Of a stretch of 64,000 nucleotides of DNA, positions 31,642 through 40,845 are shown piece by piece. The notes beneath the pieces were generated by a model. The model was given only the letters and a program-made list of their open reading frames with translations, did not search any database and was not told the DNA's origin. Position 1 is the first letter of the stretch; every line of letters begins with the position of its first letter. Source of the DNA: a bacterium (GTDB taxonomy: Bacteria; Krumholzibacteriota; Krumholzibacteriia; G020349025); NCBI GenBank assembly GCA_031362565.1, contig JANLSU010000014.1, positions 32,001 to 96,000 of the forward strand. The letters run 5' to 3'. A program made the position numbers and the translations under genes.

Positions 31642-33243
31642 CTAAAGTTCGAGCCGGGTGGTCACGAGTACGGCCGGGGATGTGCGGGAGGGCGCCGTCG
31701 CACTGTGGCCAGCGTGCCGGATGGTCAGGGCCCGCACATCGAGCCCGAACTCGATGCTCCGCAGCCCGTGGTAGGCGATCGCAATCCCGGGCTGCGACCG
31801 GCTTTCGACGACGCCCGACAAGTAACCGACGTTGTCGGATACGCGCTGGTCGTGATCCACCGCGAGCCCACCCTCGCCGTGGCGTTCTAGTTCATAAAAC
31901 AAGCGCGCTTCGAAGCCGCGCGACAGCCGGCGGCGGAGTGCCACATCCCACAGATCGCTGTCCGGCCCCGTGCGGCTGCCGAGCGTGCCACCGAAGTGCT
32001 GATAGCGGTCGATCGGATGGACGTGGGTGTAGGTGAACTGGCTCGCCCAACTCCACTCCGCCTCCACGTCCCAGTCGCCGAGGCCGAAGGGGGCGAGCCA
32101 TCTCGCCCCGGCCAACACGCCGAGTTTGTTGCCGTAGTTGCGCCACCCACGGCGCAAGTTGAGATCGTCGATGACGCACTCGCCATAGAGTTCGCCGCCC
32201 GACGCGATGCGCCAGCGCCCGTCGACGCTCGCGAGGGCGTTGTCGAGGTCGCCATTGTTGGCCTGGGTCACGAAGAGCACCGTCAGGGGATTCACGTACG
32301 ACAAGTCGAGGCCGCGATTGCCGTAAATCAACGCTTCGGAAACGGCGAGGCGCAGGCGCGGATGCGGCTCGATCTCGAGCCGGTGCGCGGCGAGATAACG
32401 TTCGCGCAATTCCGGGTCGCCGGGCAGGAGGCGCGCGGCGCGCAACTGGCCGGCCAGGCTGGTAAAACGTACCGGCCCGAGGCGCATCTGCAGGCGCAGC
32501 AAGTCGAAGGGCGGGGTTGCGTCCTGCAACAACATCGCGTTCGAACGGCCCGGTCCCCAGCGCAAACGCATCCTTGCCAGATCGAGCCGCCAACGGCCCG
32601 ATTCGAAACGCACCCCGGGCTCGACGGTCCGGGTGATTGCGAACCGGTCGCTCGGGTCGAAGACGAACTGCGCTTCACCGTCCCGCACATCGGTCGACTG
32701 GGCGAGCGATGCATCGCCGGTGCGAACGCGATACGCGACATGCTCGAAGGCCAGCAAGCGGCCGTCGAAGAGCGCCAGCGCGGCGGCGGGTTCGAGGGTC
32801 GTGTGCGCCGTGACATCCCGGTCGGCGCTGCCGCCGTGCTTCTCGAAGCGCTGGCCGCCTTCCCAAAACGCTTGCAGGCGCCAACCGGTGCCCGTCCAAA
32901 GGTGATAGGCCCGGCCGAGCACCGCCGTCGTGTCGCCGGCGGCCGTCAGTTCGGCGGCGAACTCGGCCCGCAGCATATCGATCTGTTGGGATTCGATCGG
33001 CGTCGGGCGCCAGGCGCCGCGGCGGGCACCGTCGGTGAGGCCCCGGACCATCGTCGCCGCTTCACCGCGGGTGATTGGCCGCAAATCCAAGAAAGTGCGC
33101 GGCACGGCGCCGCGGACTTCGAGCCGTTCCAGAAACTCGTACGACCAGTGTCCGAGTGGTACATCGAGGTGTTCGAAGGCAAACGCCGGCCGGGCGATCA
33201 AGAGCCCCACGACGAGCACCAAAAGCTGTTTCAACCGGAACAT
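31642..33243 (-). CDS. Capsule assembly Wzi-like outer-membrane protein
   Basis: Signal peptide AFA; HWSY..LERL, RP.TR, RWGPG...LL, AHRLEI, EA.IYG, Y.NP, YGE..IDD. Confidence 0.72.
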   Translation of the reverse strand: MFRLKQLLVLVVGLLIARPAFAFEHLDVPLGHWSYEFLERLEVRGAVPRTFLDLRPITRGEAATMVRGLTDGARRGAWRPTPIESQQIDMLRAEFAAELTAAGDTTAVLGRAYHLWTGTGWRLQAFWEGGQRFEKHGGSADRDVTAHTTLEPAAALALFDGRLLAFEHVAYRVRTGDASLAQSTDVRDGEAQFVFDPSDRFAITRTVEPGVRFESGRWRLDLARMRLRWGPGRSNAMLLQDATPPFDLLRLQMRLGPVRFTSLAGQLRAARLLPGDPELRERYLAAHRLEIEPHPRLRLAVSEALIYGNRGLDLSYVNPLTVLFVTQANNGDLDNALASVDGRWRIASGGELYGECVIDDLNLRRGWRNYGNKLGVLAGARWLAPFGLGDWDVEAEWSWASQFTYTHVHPIDRYQHFGGTLGSRTGPDSDLWDVALRRRLSRGFEARLFYELERHGEGGLAVDHDQRVSDNVGYLSGVVESRSQPGIAIAYHGLRSIEFGLDVRALTIRHAGHSATAPSRTSPAVLVTTRLEL

Positions 33244-33387
33244 GCGCACACTCCGTTCCCTTGGGCCCCATGATCGTGGACGTACCGCGTTCCGACAACC
33301 TGAAACATGGACCAAGAGGGGGGCGGCTTGGTTCGCGTAGACCCTCAGGGGTGACTCGCACTAGACTCGGCGCGCAGAGGAGCGCGC

Positions 33388-35376
33388 ATGAACTTCGAAC
33401 CTGATGAGCCGGAACCCAAAGGCGAAGACGCGGCAGACGGTCCGGCGCTCGAGGCGCCCAGTTCCCCGCTCGTCGAGAAGGCCCGCCAGTTGCCGGAAGA
33501 GCCCGGCGTCTATCTCTTCAAAGATGGCCGCGGCAAGGTGCTCTATGTCGGCAAAGCCAAGGTGCTCCGCGACCGGGTGCGGAGCTATTTGGGCGCCGCA
33601 GCGGATCTCGCACCCAAGACGCGCGTCCTCATGGGACGCGCCCAGGACCTCGACTGGATCGTCACCCGCACCGAAGTCGACGCGCTCGTCCTCGAATGCA
33701 ATCTCATCAAGGAATACCGGCCGCGTTACAACATTCGCTTGCGCGATGACAAGAAGTACCCGTACGTCCGCGTCACCGTCGATGAATTCCCGCGCGTGTT
33801 CGCGACCCGCAACATCGTCCACGACGGCAGCGAGTACTTCGGCCCTTATTCCGATGTCGGCGCCATGCGCCGGACGCTGTCGACCCTACAGCGCGTCCTG
33901 CCGACGCGCCCGTGCACTCCCGATACCCTGGACGGCATCGACCGGCCGTGCCTGTACTACGACATTCACATGTGTGGGGCGCCGTGCGTCGGGTTGCAAA
34001 GCCGCGAGGATTACCTGGAGACCGTCGATGGGGTGCGGCTTTTCCTGCGCGGCAAGACCGACGAACTGGCGACGCGGCTCCGCAAACGCATGGAGGCCTT
34101 GGCCGCCGGCCGCCAATACGAGGCCGCGGCACGGGTCCGCGATCAGATTCACGCCATCGATCGCATCACCGATCGCATGCGGGCCGTCGTTGGCGAGGGC
34201 GTCGAACGCGATGCGGTGGCACTCAGGCGCGATGGGCCGAACGCCTGCGGCGTCATTCTGGCGATTCGCGGCGGCCGGCTCTTGGCGAGCGAAACGTTCT
34301 ATTTCTCGGATCGCGACGAAAGCGACATCGAGGTCTTCACCGCCTTCATCGAGCAGTACTACAACGCCACGGTCTCGGTGCCCGAAGAGATTTTCCTGAG
34401 TGCGGAGGTCGAAGACCACGATCTCTTGCAGCGCTGGCTGACCGAGAAGCGTGGTGGGCCGGTGAGCGTGGTCCAGCCGCAGCGTGGTGAGAAGCGCACG
34501 CTGGTCGGTCTGGCGCTCAAGAATGCCACGCTCAAGCTCGACGAACGGCTCATCGCGCAGGGGGTCACATCGAAGCGGGTGCCGGACGATGTCGTGCAAT
34601 TGGGCGCCGCACTCGGCATGCGTGAACTGCCGCGCCACATCGAGTGCTTCGATATCTCCAATTTCCAGGGGTCGTCGCCGGTCGCGTCGCTGGTGCATTT
34701 CGAGGCCGGCCAGCCGGCCAAGAAAAACTACAAGCACTTCCGGATCCGCGGCATCGAGGCGCCGAACGATTTCGCGATGATGGAACATGTCGTGGAACGG
34801 CACTTCCGGGCGCTGCGCGATGGCGCGGCGGCGCTGCCCGAACTCGTCATGGTGGACGGCGGGCGCGGCCAATTGAGTGCCGCGGAGCGCGCTCTCTCCC
34901 GGCTCGGCCTTGCCGACCGCGTCACTCTGATCGGACTCGCCAAGCGCTACGAGGAGATCTACCGGGTGGGCAACCCCGAACCGCTGCTGTTGGCGCGCAC
35001 GTCGGCGGCGCTCAAACTCGTCCAGCGGGTGCGCGACGAAGCGCATCGCTTCGCCATTTCCTATCATCGCCGCCTGCGCGACCGTGAACTCATGCATTCG
35101 GCACTCGATGACATCCCCGGGATCGGTGCCAAGACCCGCTTGGCGCTCTTGCGGCACTTTGGTTCGGTAGCGCGCATCGCGGTGGCGAGCGCCCAGGACT
35201 TGGCGGCGGTGACCGGCGTCGGCGCCATCACCGCCGAGCGCATCTTGAGTGTGCTGTCGCATCCGGCGTTGCGCCCGGTGCCGGACGGGACGCCGGTGGC
35301 GGTGCCGGGTGACGACGACACGAGCGAGGAAATCGTCCTCGACGCCGAGTGGATGGCGCCGGACGGGCCCTCATGA
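33388..35376 (+). CDS. uvrC: Excinuclease ABC subunit C
   Basis: PGVYLF..LYVGKA (GIY-YIG), Cys cluster, UVR domain, IECFDIS, DGGRGQ, RDEAHRFA, HhH repeats. Confidence 0.97.
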   Translation: MNFEPDEPEPKGEDAADGPALEAPSSPLVEKARQLPEEPGVYLFKDGRGKVLYVGKAKVLRDRVRSYLGAAADLAPKTRVLMGRAQDLDWIVTRTEVDALVLECNLIKEYRPRYNIRLRDDKKYPYVRVTVDEFPRVFATRNIVHDGSEYFGPYSDVGAMRRTLSTLQRVLPTRPCTPDTLDGIDRPCLYYDIHMCGAPCVGLQSREDYLETVDGVRLFLRGKTDELATRLRKRMEALAAGRQYEAAARVRDQIHAIDRITDRMRAVVGEGVERDAVALRRDGPNACGVILAIRGGRLLASETFYFSDRDESDIEVFTAFIEQYYNATVSVPEEIFLSAEVEDHDLLQRWLTEKRGGPVSVVQPQRGEKRTLVGLALKNATLKLDERLIAQGVTSKRVPDDVVQLGAALGMRELPRHIECFDISNFQGSSPVASLVHFEAGQPAKKNYKHFRIRGIEAPNDFAMMEHVVERHFRALRDGAAALPELVMVDGGRGQLSAAERALSRLGLADRVTLIGLAKRYEEIYRVGNPEPLLLARTSAALKLVQRVRDEAHRFAISYHRRLRDRELMHSALDDIPGIGAKTRLALLRHFGSVARIAVASAQDLAAVTGVGAITAERILSVLSHPALRPVPDGTPVAVPGDDDTSEEIVLDAEWMAPDGPS

Positions 35377-36290
35377 GCGCCCCCATCGCATCACTCACGC
35401 CACTCGCCGCGGCGCGCGAACGCTATCTCGTCCATCTGATGGTCGAACGCGGCCTCGCCCGGCTGACCCTGGACGCCTACGCCGCCGACCTCGAAGCGTA
35501 CGGCGCATTCCTGGCCGGGCTCGGCGTCAGCGCCCCGGGTGACGTCGTGGCGACGCACATTCACGAGTACCTGGCGGCGGCGACCGCCGCCGAACACACC
35601 GCTAGCACGCGCGCCCGGCGGCTCTCGACGCTGCGCGGCTTCCATCGCTTTTGTGTGTTGGAGGGCCTCGCTGCCGATTCACCGGTCGAGCGCTGGCGGG
35701 GTCCGCGCCGCACCCGGCCCTTGCCGCACGTTCTGCGGGTGCATGAAATCGAGCGCCTGGTCGCGGCCCCGGACCCGTCGACCGCACTCGGACAGCGCGA
35801 TCGCGCCCTGCTCGAACTGGCCTATGCGGCCGGATTGCGTGCCTCCGAAGCCTGCGACCTGTTGGTGGAGGCTTTCGACGCGCGCGCGGCGCTGGTGCGG
35901 GTGTTCGGCAAAGGCTCGAAGGAGCGTTTGGTGCCGGTCGGCCGCGCCGCTCTTGCGGCCGTGGCCGCCTATTTGAGCGACGGGCGGATCCGGCTGACGC
36001 GGGGCCGCATTGCGCCGACGCTCTTCCTGAACACCCGCGGCACGCGGCTGTCGCGCATGGGGTTTTGGAAAATCCTGCAAAAAAACCTGCGCGCCGCCGA
36101 CATCCGCACGCCGGCGAGCCCGCACACGCTGCGCCACAGCTTTGCAACCCATCTGTTGGAAGGCGGCGCCGATCTGCGCGTCGTCCAGGAACTGCTCGGG
36201 CACGCCGATATCGGCACCACCCAGATCTATACCCAAGTCGATCGCCAGTACCTGACCGAGGTGTACCGGACGTACCATCCGCGCGGCTGA
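35373..36290 (+). CDS. xerD: Tyrosine recombinase XerD
   Basis: YAAGLRASE, GKGSKERLVP, LSRMGFW, SPHTLRHSFATHLLEGGADLR, LGHADI.TTQIYT, HPR. Confidence 0.9.
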   Translation: MSAPIASLTPLAAARERYLVHLMVERGLARLTLDAYAADLEAYGAFLAGLGVSAPGDVVATHIHEYLAAATAAEHTASTRARRLSTLRGFHRFCVLEGLAADSPVERWRGPRRTRPLPHVLRVHEIERLVAAPDPSTALGQRDRALLELAYAAGLRASEACDLLVEAFDARAALVRVFGKGSKERLVPVGRAALAAVAAYLSDGRIRLTRGRIAPTLFLNTRGTRLSRMGFWKILQKNLRAADIRTPASPHTLRHSFATHLLEGGADLRVVQELLGHADIGTTQIYTQVDRQYLTEVYRTYHPRG

Positions 36291-36326
36291 AGCGGCGCAT
36301 GGACGGGCGGAAGTTCCGGCCTGTTG

Positions 36327-36335
36327 TGCTAGGAT
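36327..36335 (+). promoter_or_regulatory. Possible extended -10 promoter upstream of trpS
   Basis: TGcTAGGAT. Confidence 0.4.
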
Positions 36336-36399
36336 CGTCCACTTCGAAGCAGAGGCTCACGGCCACGGAGGCGGGGCCGGGGGAGGGAGGAGACGAAGC

Positions 36400-37404
36400 G
36401 TGGCGATCGTTTTGAGCGGCATGCGTCCAACCGGGCGGCTGCACCTGGGGAATTACACCGGCGCACTCGAGTCCTGGGTCCGCAACCAGGATGTGCATCG
36501 CTGTTTCTTCATGGTGGCCGACCTGCATGCGCTGACCACCGACCTCGACACGACGCAAATCGCTTCGCGCACCCGCGACATGGTCATCGACTGGCTGGCG
36601 GTCGGCCTCGACCCCGACCGCGCCCCGATCTTCGTGCAGTCCCAGGTGCACGAGCACGCCGAACTGCACCTGGTTTTTTCGATGCTGATCACGCTGGCGC
36701 GGTTGCAGCGCAATCCCACCGTCAAGGACCAGGTGCGCGACCTCGGGATCGACGACAACGTGACCTATGGCCATGTGGGTTATCCGGTGCTGCAAGCCGC
36801 CGACATTCTGCTCTACAAAGGCGACTTGGTGCCGGTGGGCGAGGATCAGGCACCGCACGTCGAGATCACGCGCGAGATCGCCCGGCGCTTCAACAACGCC
36901 TTCCGGCCGGTGTTTCCGGAGCCGCGGGTCGAGCTGACCAAATTTGGCCGCTTCCCGGGCGTCGACGGCCAGCGCATGAGCAAGTCGCAGGGCAACACGA
37001 TTCAGTTGTGCGACTCACCCGAGGAAATTCGGCAGCGCATGCGCCGCGCCGCCATCGATCCGGAGCGGGTGCGGCAGGACGATCCGGGCCACCCCGAGGC
37101 GTGCACCGTCTTTACGTACCACCAACGTTTCAGCCCATCGGACGCGCTGCCGGAAATCGAGCGCGGCTGCCGCGCCGGGGCGCGGGTCCGCAGTTGCTTG
37201 GATTGCAAGATGGAAGCGGCCGACCGCATCGCGGCGCACTTCGCGCCGGCACGTGACAAGCGGCGCGCTCTCGAGACGACTCCCGAGCGCGTCGACGAAG
37301 TTCTGGAATCGGGGCGCGAGCGCGCGCATCACGTCGCGCAGGCGACGATGATCGAAGTGCGCGACGCCATGGGCCTGGGCGGCAAGGGGAGGGGGACATC
37401 ATGA
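36400..37404 (+). CDS. trpS: Tryptophan--tRNA ligase
   Basis: SGMRPTG.LHLGN, ADLHALT, YPVLQAADIL, VPVGEDQ, RMSKS. Confidence 0.96.
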   Translation: MAIVLSGMRPTGRLHLGNYTGALESWVRNQDVHRCFFMVADLHALTTDLDTTQIASRTRDMVIDWLAVGLDPDRAPIFVQSQVHEHAELHLVFSMLITLARLQRNPTVKDQVRDLGIDDNVTYGHVGYPVLQAADILLYKGDLVPVGEDQAPHVEITREIARRFNNAFRPVFPEPRVELTKFGRFPGVDGQRMSKSQGNTIQLCDSPEEIRQRMRRAAIDPERVRQDDPGHPEACTVFTYHQRFSPSDALPEIERGCRAGARVRSCLDCKMEAADRIAAHFAPARDKRRALETTPERVDEVLESGRERAHHVAQATMIEVRDAMGLGGKGRGTS

Positions 37405-38153
37405 GTTATGTCGTGCATCTCGAATCGTTCGAGGGTCCGCTGGATTTGTTGTTGTATCTGATCCAGCGCGAAGAAATGGACATCTACAACATTCCGATCG
37501 CGCGCATCACCGAGCAATATTTGGAGCAGGTGCGGCGTATCGAACGGCTCGAGCTGCAGCCGGCCGGCGAGTTCCTGGTCATGGCGGCAACACTCATGCG
37601 CATCAAGGCGCGCATGCTGCTGCCGCACCAGCGGCCGGGTGAGGAGAAGGAAGAGGATCCGCGGCACGAGCTGGTGCAGCGCCTGATCGAATACAAGAAG
37701 TTCAAAGAAGCGGCCCGCGAACTCGAAGAACGCGAAGACGACCGCAGCCGGCGCTATACCCGGCCGGTCGATGCGTCGCTCATCGAGGACATGAAGAGTC
37801 TCGGCGACGAGATCACCTTCGAAGTGGGACTGCCGCAGATCATGAAGGCGCTGGCCGAAGTGCTGGCGCGCGTCGACGAAGTCGTGGCGCACGAAATCCA
37901 GCTCGAAGCGGTATCGCTCGAAGACAAGGTCGCCAACCTGCGCACCAAGCTCGCGGCGCGCGGCCGGCTCGCCTGGAGCGAACTGTTCGAGGACGTGCGC
38001 ACCCGGCTCGATGTGATCGTCACTTTCATGGCCATGCTGGAACTCGCCAAGGGCGGTGCGCTGCGCTTGCAGCAGGCCGACAATTTCAGCGAACTTTGGA
38101 TCTGGAGTCGCGACACCGAAGCGGCGCCGGAAGTTCACCAGGAGGCACGATGA
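37401..38153 (+). CDS. scpA: Segregation/condensation protein A
   Basis: FEGPLDLLLYLI, EFLVMAATL..IK..MLLP, TFMAMLEL.K. Confidence 0.95.
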   Translation: MSYVVHLESFEGPLDLLLYLIQREEMDIYNIPIARITEQYLEQVRRIERLELQPAGEFLVMAATLMRIKARMLLPHQRPGEEKEEDPRHELVQRLIEYKKFKEAARELEEREDDRSRRYTRPVDASLIEDMKSLGDEITFEVGLPQIMKALAEVLARVDEVVAHEIQLEAVSLEDKVANLRTKLAARGRLAWSELFEDVRTRLDVIVTFMAMLELAKGGALRLQQADNFSELWIWSRDTEAAPEVHQEAR

Positions 38154-39070
38154 CGCTGTCGACACAAATCGAAGCCTTGCTGTTCGCCAGCGATCAACCG
38201 CTGCCCAAGTCGCGTCTCGGCGAACTCTTGCCGGGTGCGACGCGCGATGAAATACAGGCCGCGCTCGACGAACTCGAAGCACAGTATGCGGACGGGCCGC
38301 GCGCCTTCCGGCTGTTGCGGGTGGGCGGCGGCTTGCAACTCGCCACCAAACCGGAGTTATCCGACATCGTGCGCCGGTTGTTCACCACCAAGCGGCGCGT
38401 GCGCCTGACGAAGGCGGCCCTCGAGTCGCTGGCGATCATCGCCTACAAGCAACCGACGACCCGCCCCGAGATCGACGCCATCCGCGGCGTCGCGAGCGGC
38501 GGCGTGATCGAGACGCTCTTGGAACGCAACTTGGTCCGGCTCGCAGGCCGGGCCGAAGGTGTCGGTCGGCCCTTGTTGTATGCGACGACGCCGGAGTTCC
38601 TGCAGTATTTGGGACTCAATTCAATTGACGACCTGCCGAGTTTGGGCGAACTGGAAGCCATGCTCGCGGAACGTGAATCGGCGGCGCGCTTGGCGGACGA
38701 GGAAGAAATGCTGGCACTCGAGGATGCGGCGCGCCAGGGCCTCGCCCCCGAAGACGGTGCGGAGACGCCGGCGCCCGCCGCGCGGCTCGAGGACCGGCTG
38801 CGTGAACGCAACCTGCCGACGCTCGAGGAATTGGACAGCGAGCTGCGCGAACGCGCCGACCGGGTTGCCGATCTCTCGGCGCGCGTCGCTGCCGAACGCC
38901 GCCGGCATACGGCCGAACTGGCACCGGCGACACCCGCCGCCGCCGCCGCCGCCGAAGAAGAGAATGAAATTGCGCCGGCCGCCAGCGAAGGCGCCGCGGT
39001 TCTGGACTTCGAGACCGACGCCGGGCGGGCGACCGAAACTCTCGACCCGGCGCGCGAGGGATGCGACTGA
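38150..39070 (+). CDS. scpB: Segregation/condensation protein B with long C-terminal extension
   Basis: IEALLFAS, ALESLAIIAYKQP.TR.EI..IRGV, GRP.LY.TT..FL..LGL....LP.L. Confidence 0.93.
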   Translation: MTLSTQIEALLFASDQPLPKSRLGELLPGATRDEIQAALDELEAQYADGPRAFRLLRVGGGLQLATKPELSDIVRRLFTTKRRVRLTKAALESLAIIAYKQPTTRPEIDAIRGVASGGVIETLLERNLVRLAGRAEGVGRPLLYATTPEFLQYLGLNSIDDLPSLGELEAMLAERESAARLADEEEMLALEDAARQGLAPEDGAETPAPAARLEDRLRERNLPTLEELDSELRERADRVADLSARVAAERRRHTAELAPATPAAAAAAEEENEIAPAASEGAAVLDFETDAGRATETLDPAREGCD

Positions 39071-39780
39071 ACCAGTACTTGGCGGCGTGCGGCCTCGGGA
39101 GCCGCCGCGATTGCGAAGCGCTCATCGCCGCCGGCCGCGTCCACGTCAACGGCGCGCCGGGGCATTTCGGAATGCGCGTCGGCACGAGCGACACGGTGGC
39201 GCTGGACGGACGAACGCTGGCCATGGAGGCCACCGGATCCGTGTGGCTGATGCACAAGCCGGCGCGGGTTTTGTCGGCGGCACGCGACGCCGAGGGCCGC
39301 ACGACAGTTCTCGATGTGGCGCGGCGTGCCGGCATCACCACCCGCGTCTTCTCGGTGGGCCGGCTCGACTACGAAACGACGGGGCTCCTGCTTCTGACCG
39401 ACGACGGCGATCTCGCGTTCGCACTCACCCATCCGTCGAAGGGGGTCGAGAAGGAATACGAGGCGCGGATCGCGGCGCCGCTTGCCGCCAGAGCGCTGGA
39501 GCGCTTGGCGGCGGGAATCGAACTGGAAGATGGACCCACGGCGCCGTGCGACGCGGCGCAGGAGATTGCCGCCGGCCAAGTCACCGTGCGGCTGGTGTTG
39601 CATGAAGGCCGCAAGCGGCAAGTGCGCCGCATGCTGACGGCGGTCGGCGCGCCGGTTCTGGCATTGCACCGAGTGCGCGTCGGCCCGGTGCGGCTCGGCG
39701 ATCTAGCCCCCGGGGCAGTGCGGCGCGCCACCCCGGCGGAAGATACAGCGTTACGTCGCACCGCTGGCTTGGAGCTCTAA
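39061..39780 (+). CDS. rluB: RsuA/RluB-family rRNA pseudouridine synthase
   Basis: S4 domain (RLNQYLA..G..SRR), GRLDYETTGLLLLTDDG, EGRKRQVRRM; follows scpAB. Confidence 0.85.
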   Translation: MRLNQYLAACGLGSRRDCEALIAAGRVHVNGAPGHFGMRVGTSDTVALDGRTLAMEATGSVWLMHKPARVLSAARDAEGRTTVLDVARRAGITTRVFSVGRLDYETTGLLLLTDDGDLAFALTHPSKGVEKEYEARIAAPLAARALERLAAGIELEDGPTAPCDAAQEIAAGQVTVRLVLHEGRKRQVRRMLTAVGAPVLALHRVRVGPVRLGDLAPGAVRRATPAEDTALRRTAGLEL

Positions 39781-39789
39781 GGGAGCATC

Positions 39790-40845
39790 GTGCGCATCGT
39801 CTTCCGGCCGAACGCCACGCGCGCCCAAATCGATCGCGTCGAACAGTTGCTCGTGCAACTGCGATACCGCTCACGGCGCTCGAAGGGTGAAGAAGGTGTG
39901 GTGATCGGCGTCGTCGGCGACACGTCGCTGCTCGTGTCGCGGCAAATCGACCGCATGCCCGGGGTCGCCAAGCTGGCACCGTTCACCGTGCCGTACAAAC
40001 AGGCGAGCCGCGAGTACAGCCAAGAGCGCAGCGTGGTGCGCGTCGGTGCTCTGGCCGTCGGCGGCACGAGCGCCATCGCCGTCATGGCCGGCCCGTGCTC
40101 GGTCGAGAGCCACGAGGGCCTCTTTGCGGTGGCGCGGCGCGTCAAAGCCGCCGGCGCGTCTTTTCTGCGCGGCGGCGCTTTCAAGCCGCGCACCTCGCCG
40201 TATTCATTCCAGGGCCTGGGGCGCGAAGGGCTCGAACTCTTGCGGAGCGCCGGTGATGACACCGGCCTGGCGGTCGTGACCGAAGTCATGGATACGCGCC
40301 ACGTGGATCTTTTGGCCCAGTATTCCGACGTTCTGCAAGTCGGCGCTCGCAATGTTCAAAACTTCGATCTGTTGCGCGAAGTGGGTGCCTCGGGCAAGCC
40401 CGTGCTCCTCAAGCGCGGCCTCATGACGACCATCGAGGAATACTTGCTCTGCGCCGAATACATTCTGGCAACGGGCAACGAGCAGGTCATCTTGTGCGAA
40501 CGCGGCATTCGGACTTTCGATACCGCGACCCGGAACACGCTCGATGTCTGCGCCGTGCCGGTGATTCAGCGCTTCAGCCACTTGCCCATCATTGTCGACC
40601 CGAGCCATGCGACGGGCGACTGGCACTACGTGATTCCGATGGCCCGCGCCGCGGTCGCGGCCGGCGCCGATGGCCTGATGATCGAAGTGCATCCGAATCC
40701 CGCCGCGGCTTTCAGCGACGGACCGCAGTCGTTGACGCCGGACCGATTCGATCAGCTCATGCGCGAGGTGGCGCCGCTCGCCGCGGCGGTCGGCCGCAAA
40801 CTCGACCAACATGCGGCGGCACGTGGCCGGGCCGAACCCTCATGA
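39790..40845 (+). CDS. aroF: DAHP synthase, type I-beta, with N-terminal regulatory domain
   Basis: [56 protein letters not shown]. Confidence 0.93.
   Translation: MRIVFRPNATRAQIDRVEQLLVQLRYRSRRSKGEEGVVIGVVGDTSLLVSRQIDRMPGVAKLAPFTVPYKQASREYSQERSVVRVGALAVGGTSAIAVMAGPCSVESHEGLFAVARRVKAAGASFLRGGAFKPRTSPYSFQGLGREGLELLRSAGDDTGLAVVTEVMDTRHVDLLAQYSDVLQVGARNVQNFDLLREVGASGKPVLLKRGLMTTIEEYLLCAEYILATGNEQVILCERGIRTFDTATRNTLDVCAVPVIQRFSHLPIIVDPSHATGDWHYVIPMARAAVAAGADGLMIEVHPNPAAAFSDGPQSLTPDRFDQLMREVAPLAAAVGRKLDQHAAARGRAEPS

Noticed and set aside
22165..36290. Two tyrosine recombinases as possible integrases bounding an island
   Set aside because: Both are ~300-aa XerC/XerD types in usual core contexts (topA-xerC, uvrC-xerD), the genes between them are housekeeping, and I saw no att repeats or dif site.
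36291..36399. T-box or attenuator upstream of trpS
   Set aside because: The gap is too short (~110 nt), with no T-box consensus or Trp-rich leader peptide.
38933..38953. GCC trinucleotide run as a phase-variation tract
   Set aside because: It is an in-frame poly-Ala in a disordered tail; unit changes would not shift the frame.
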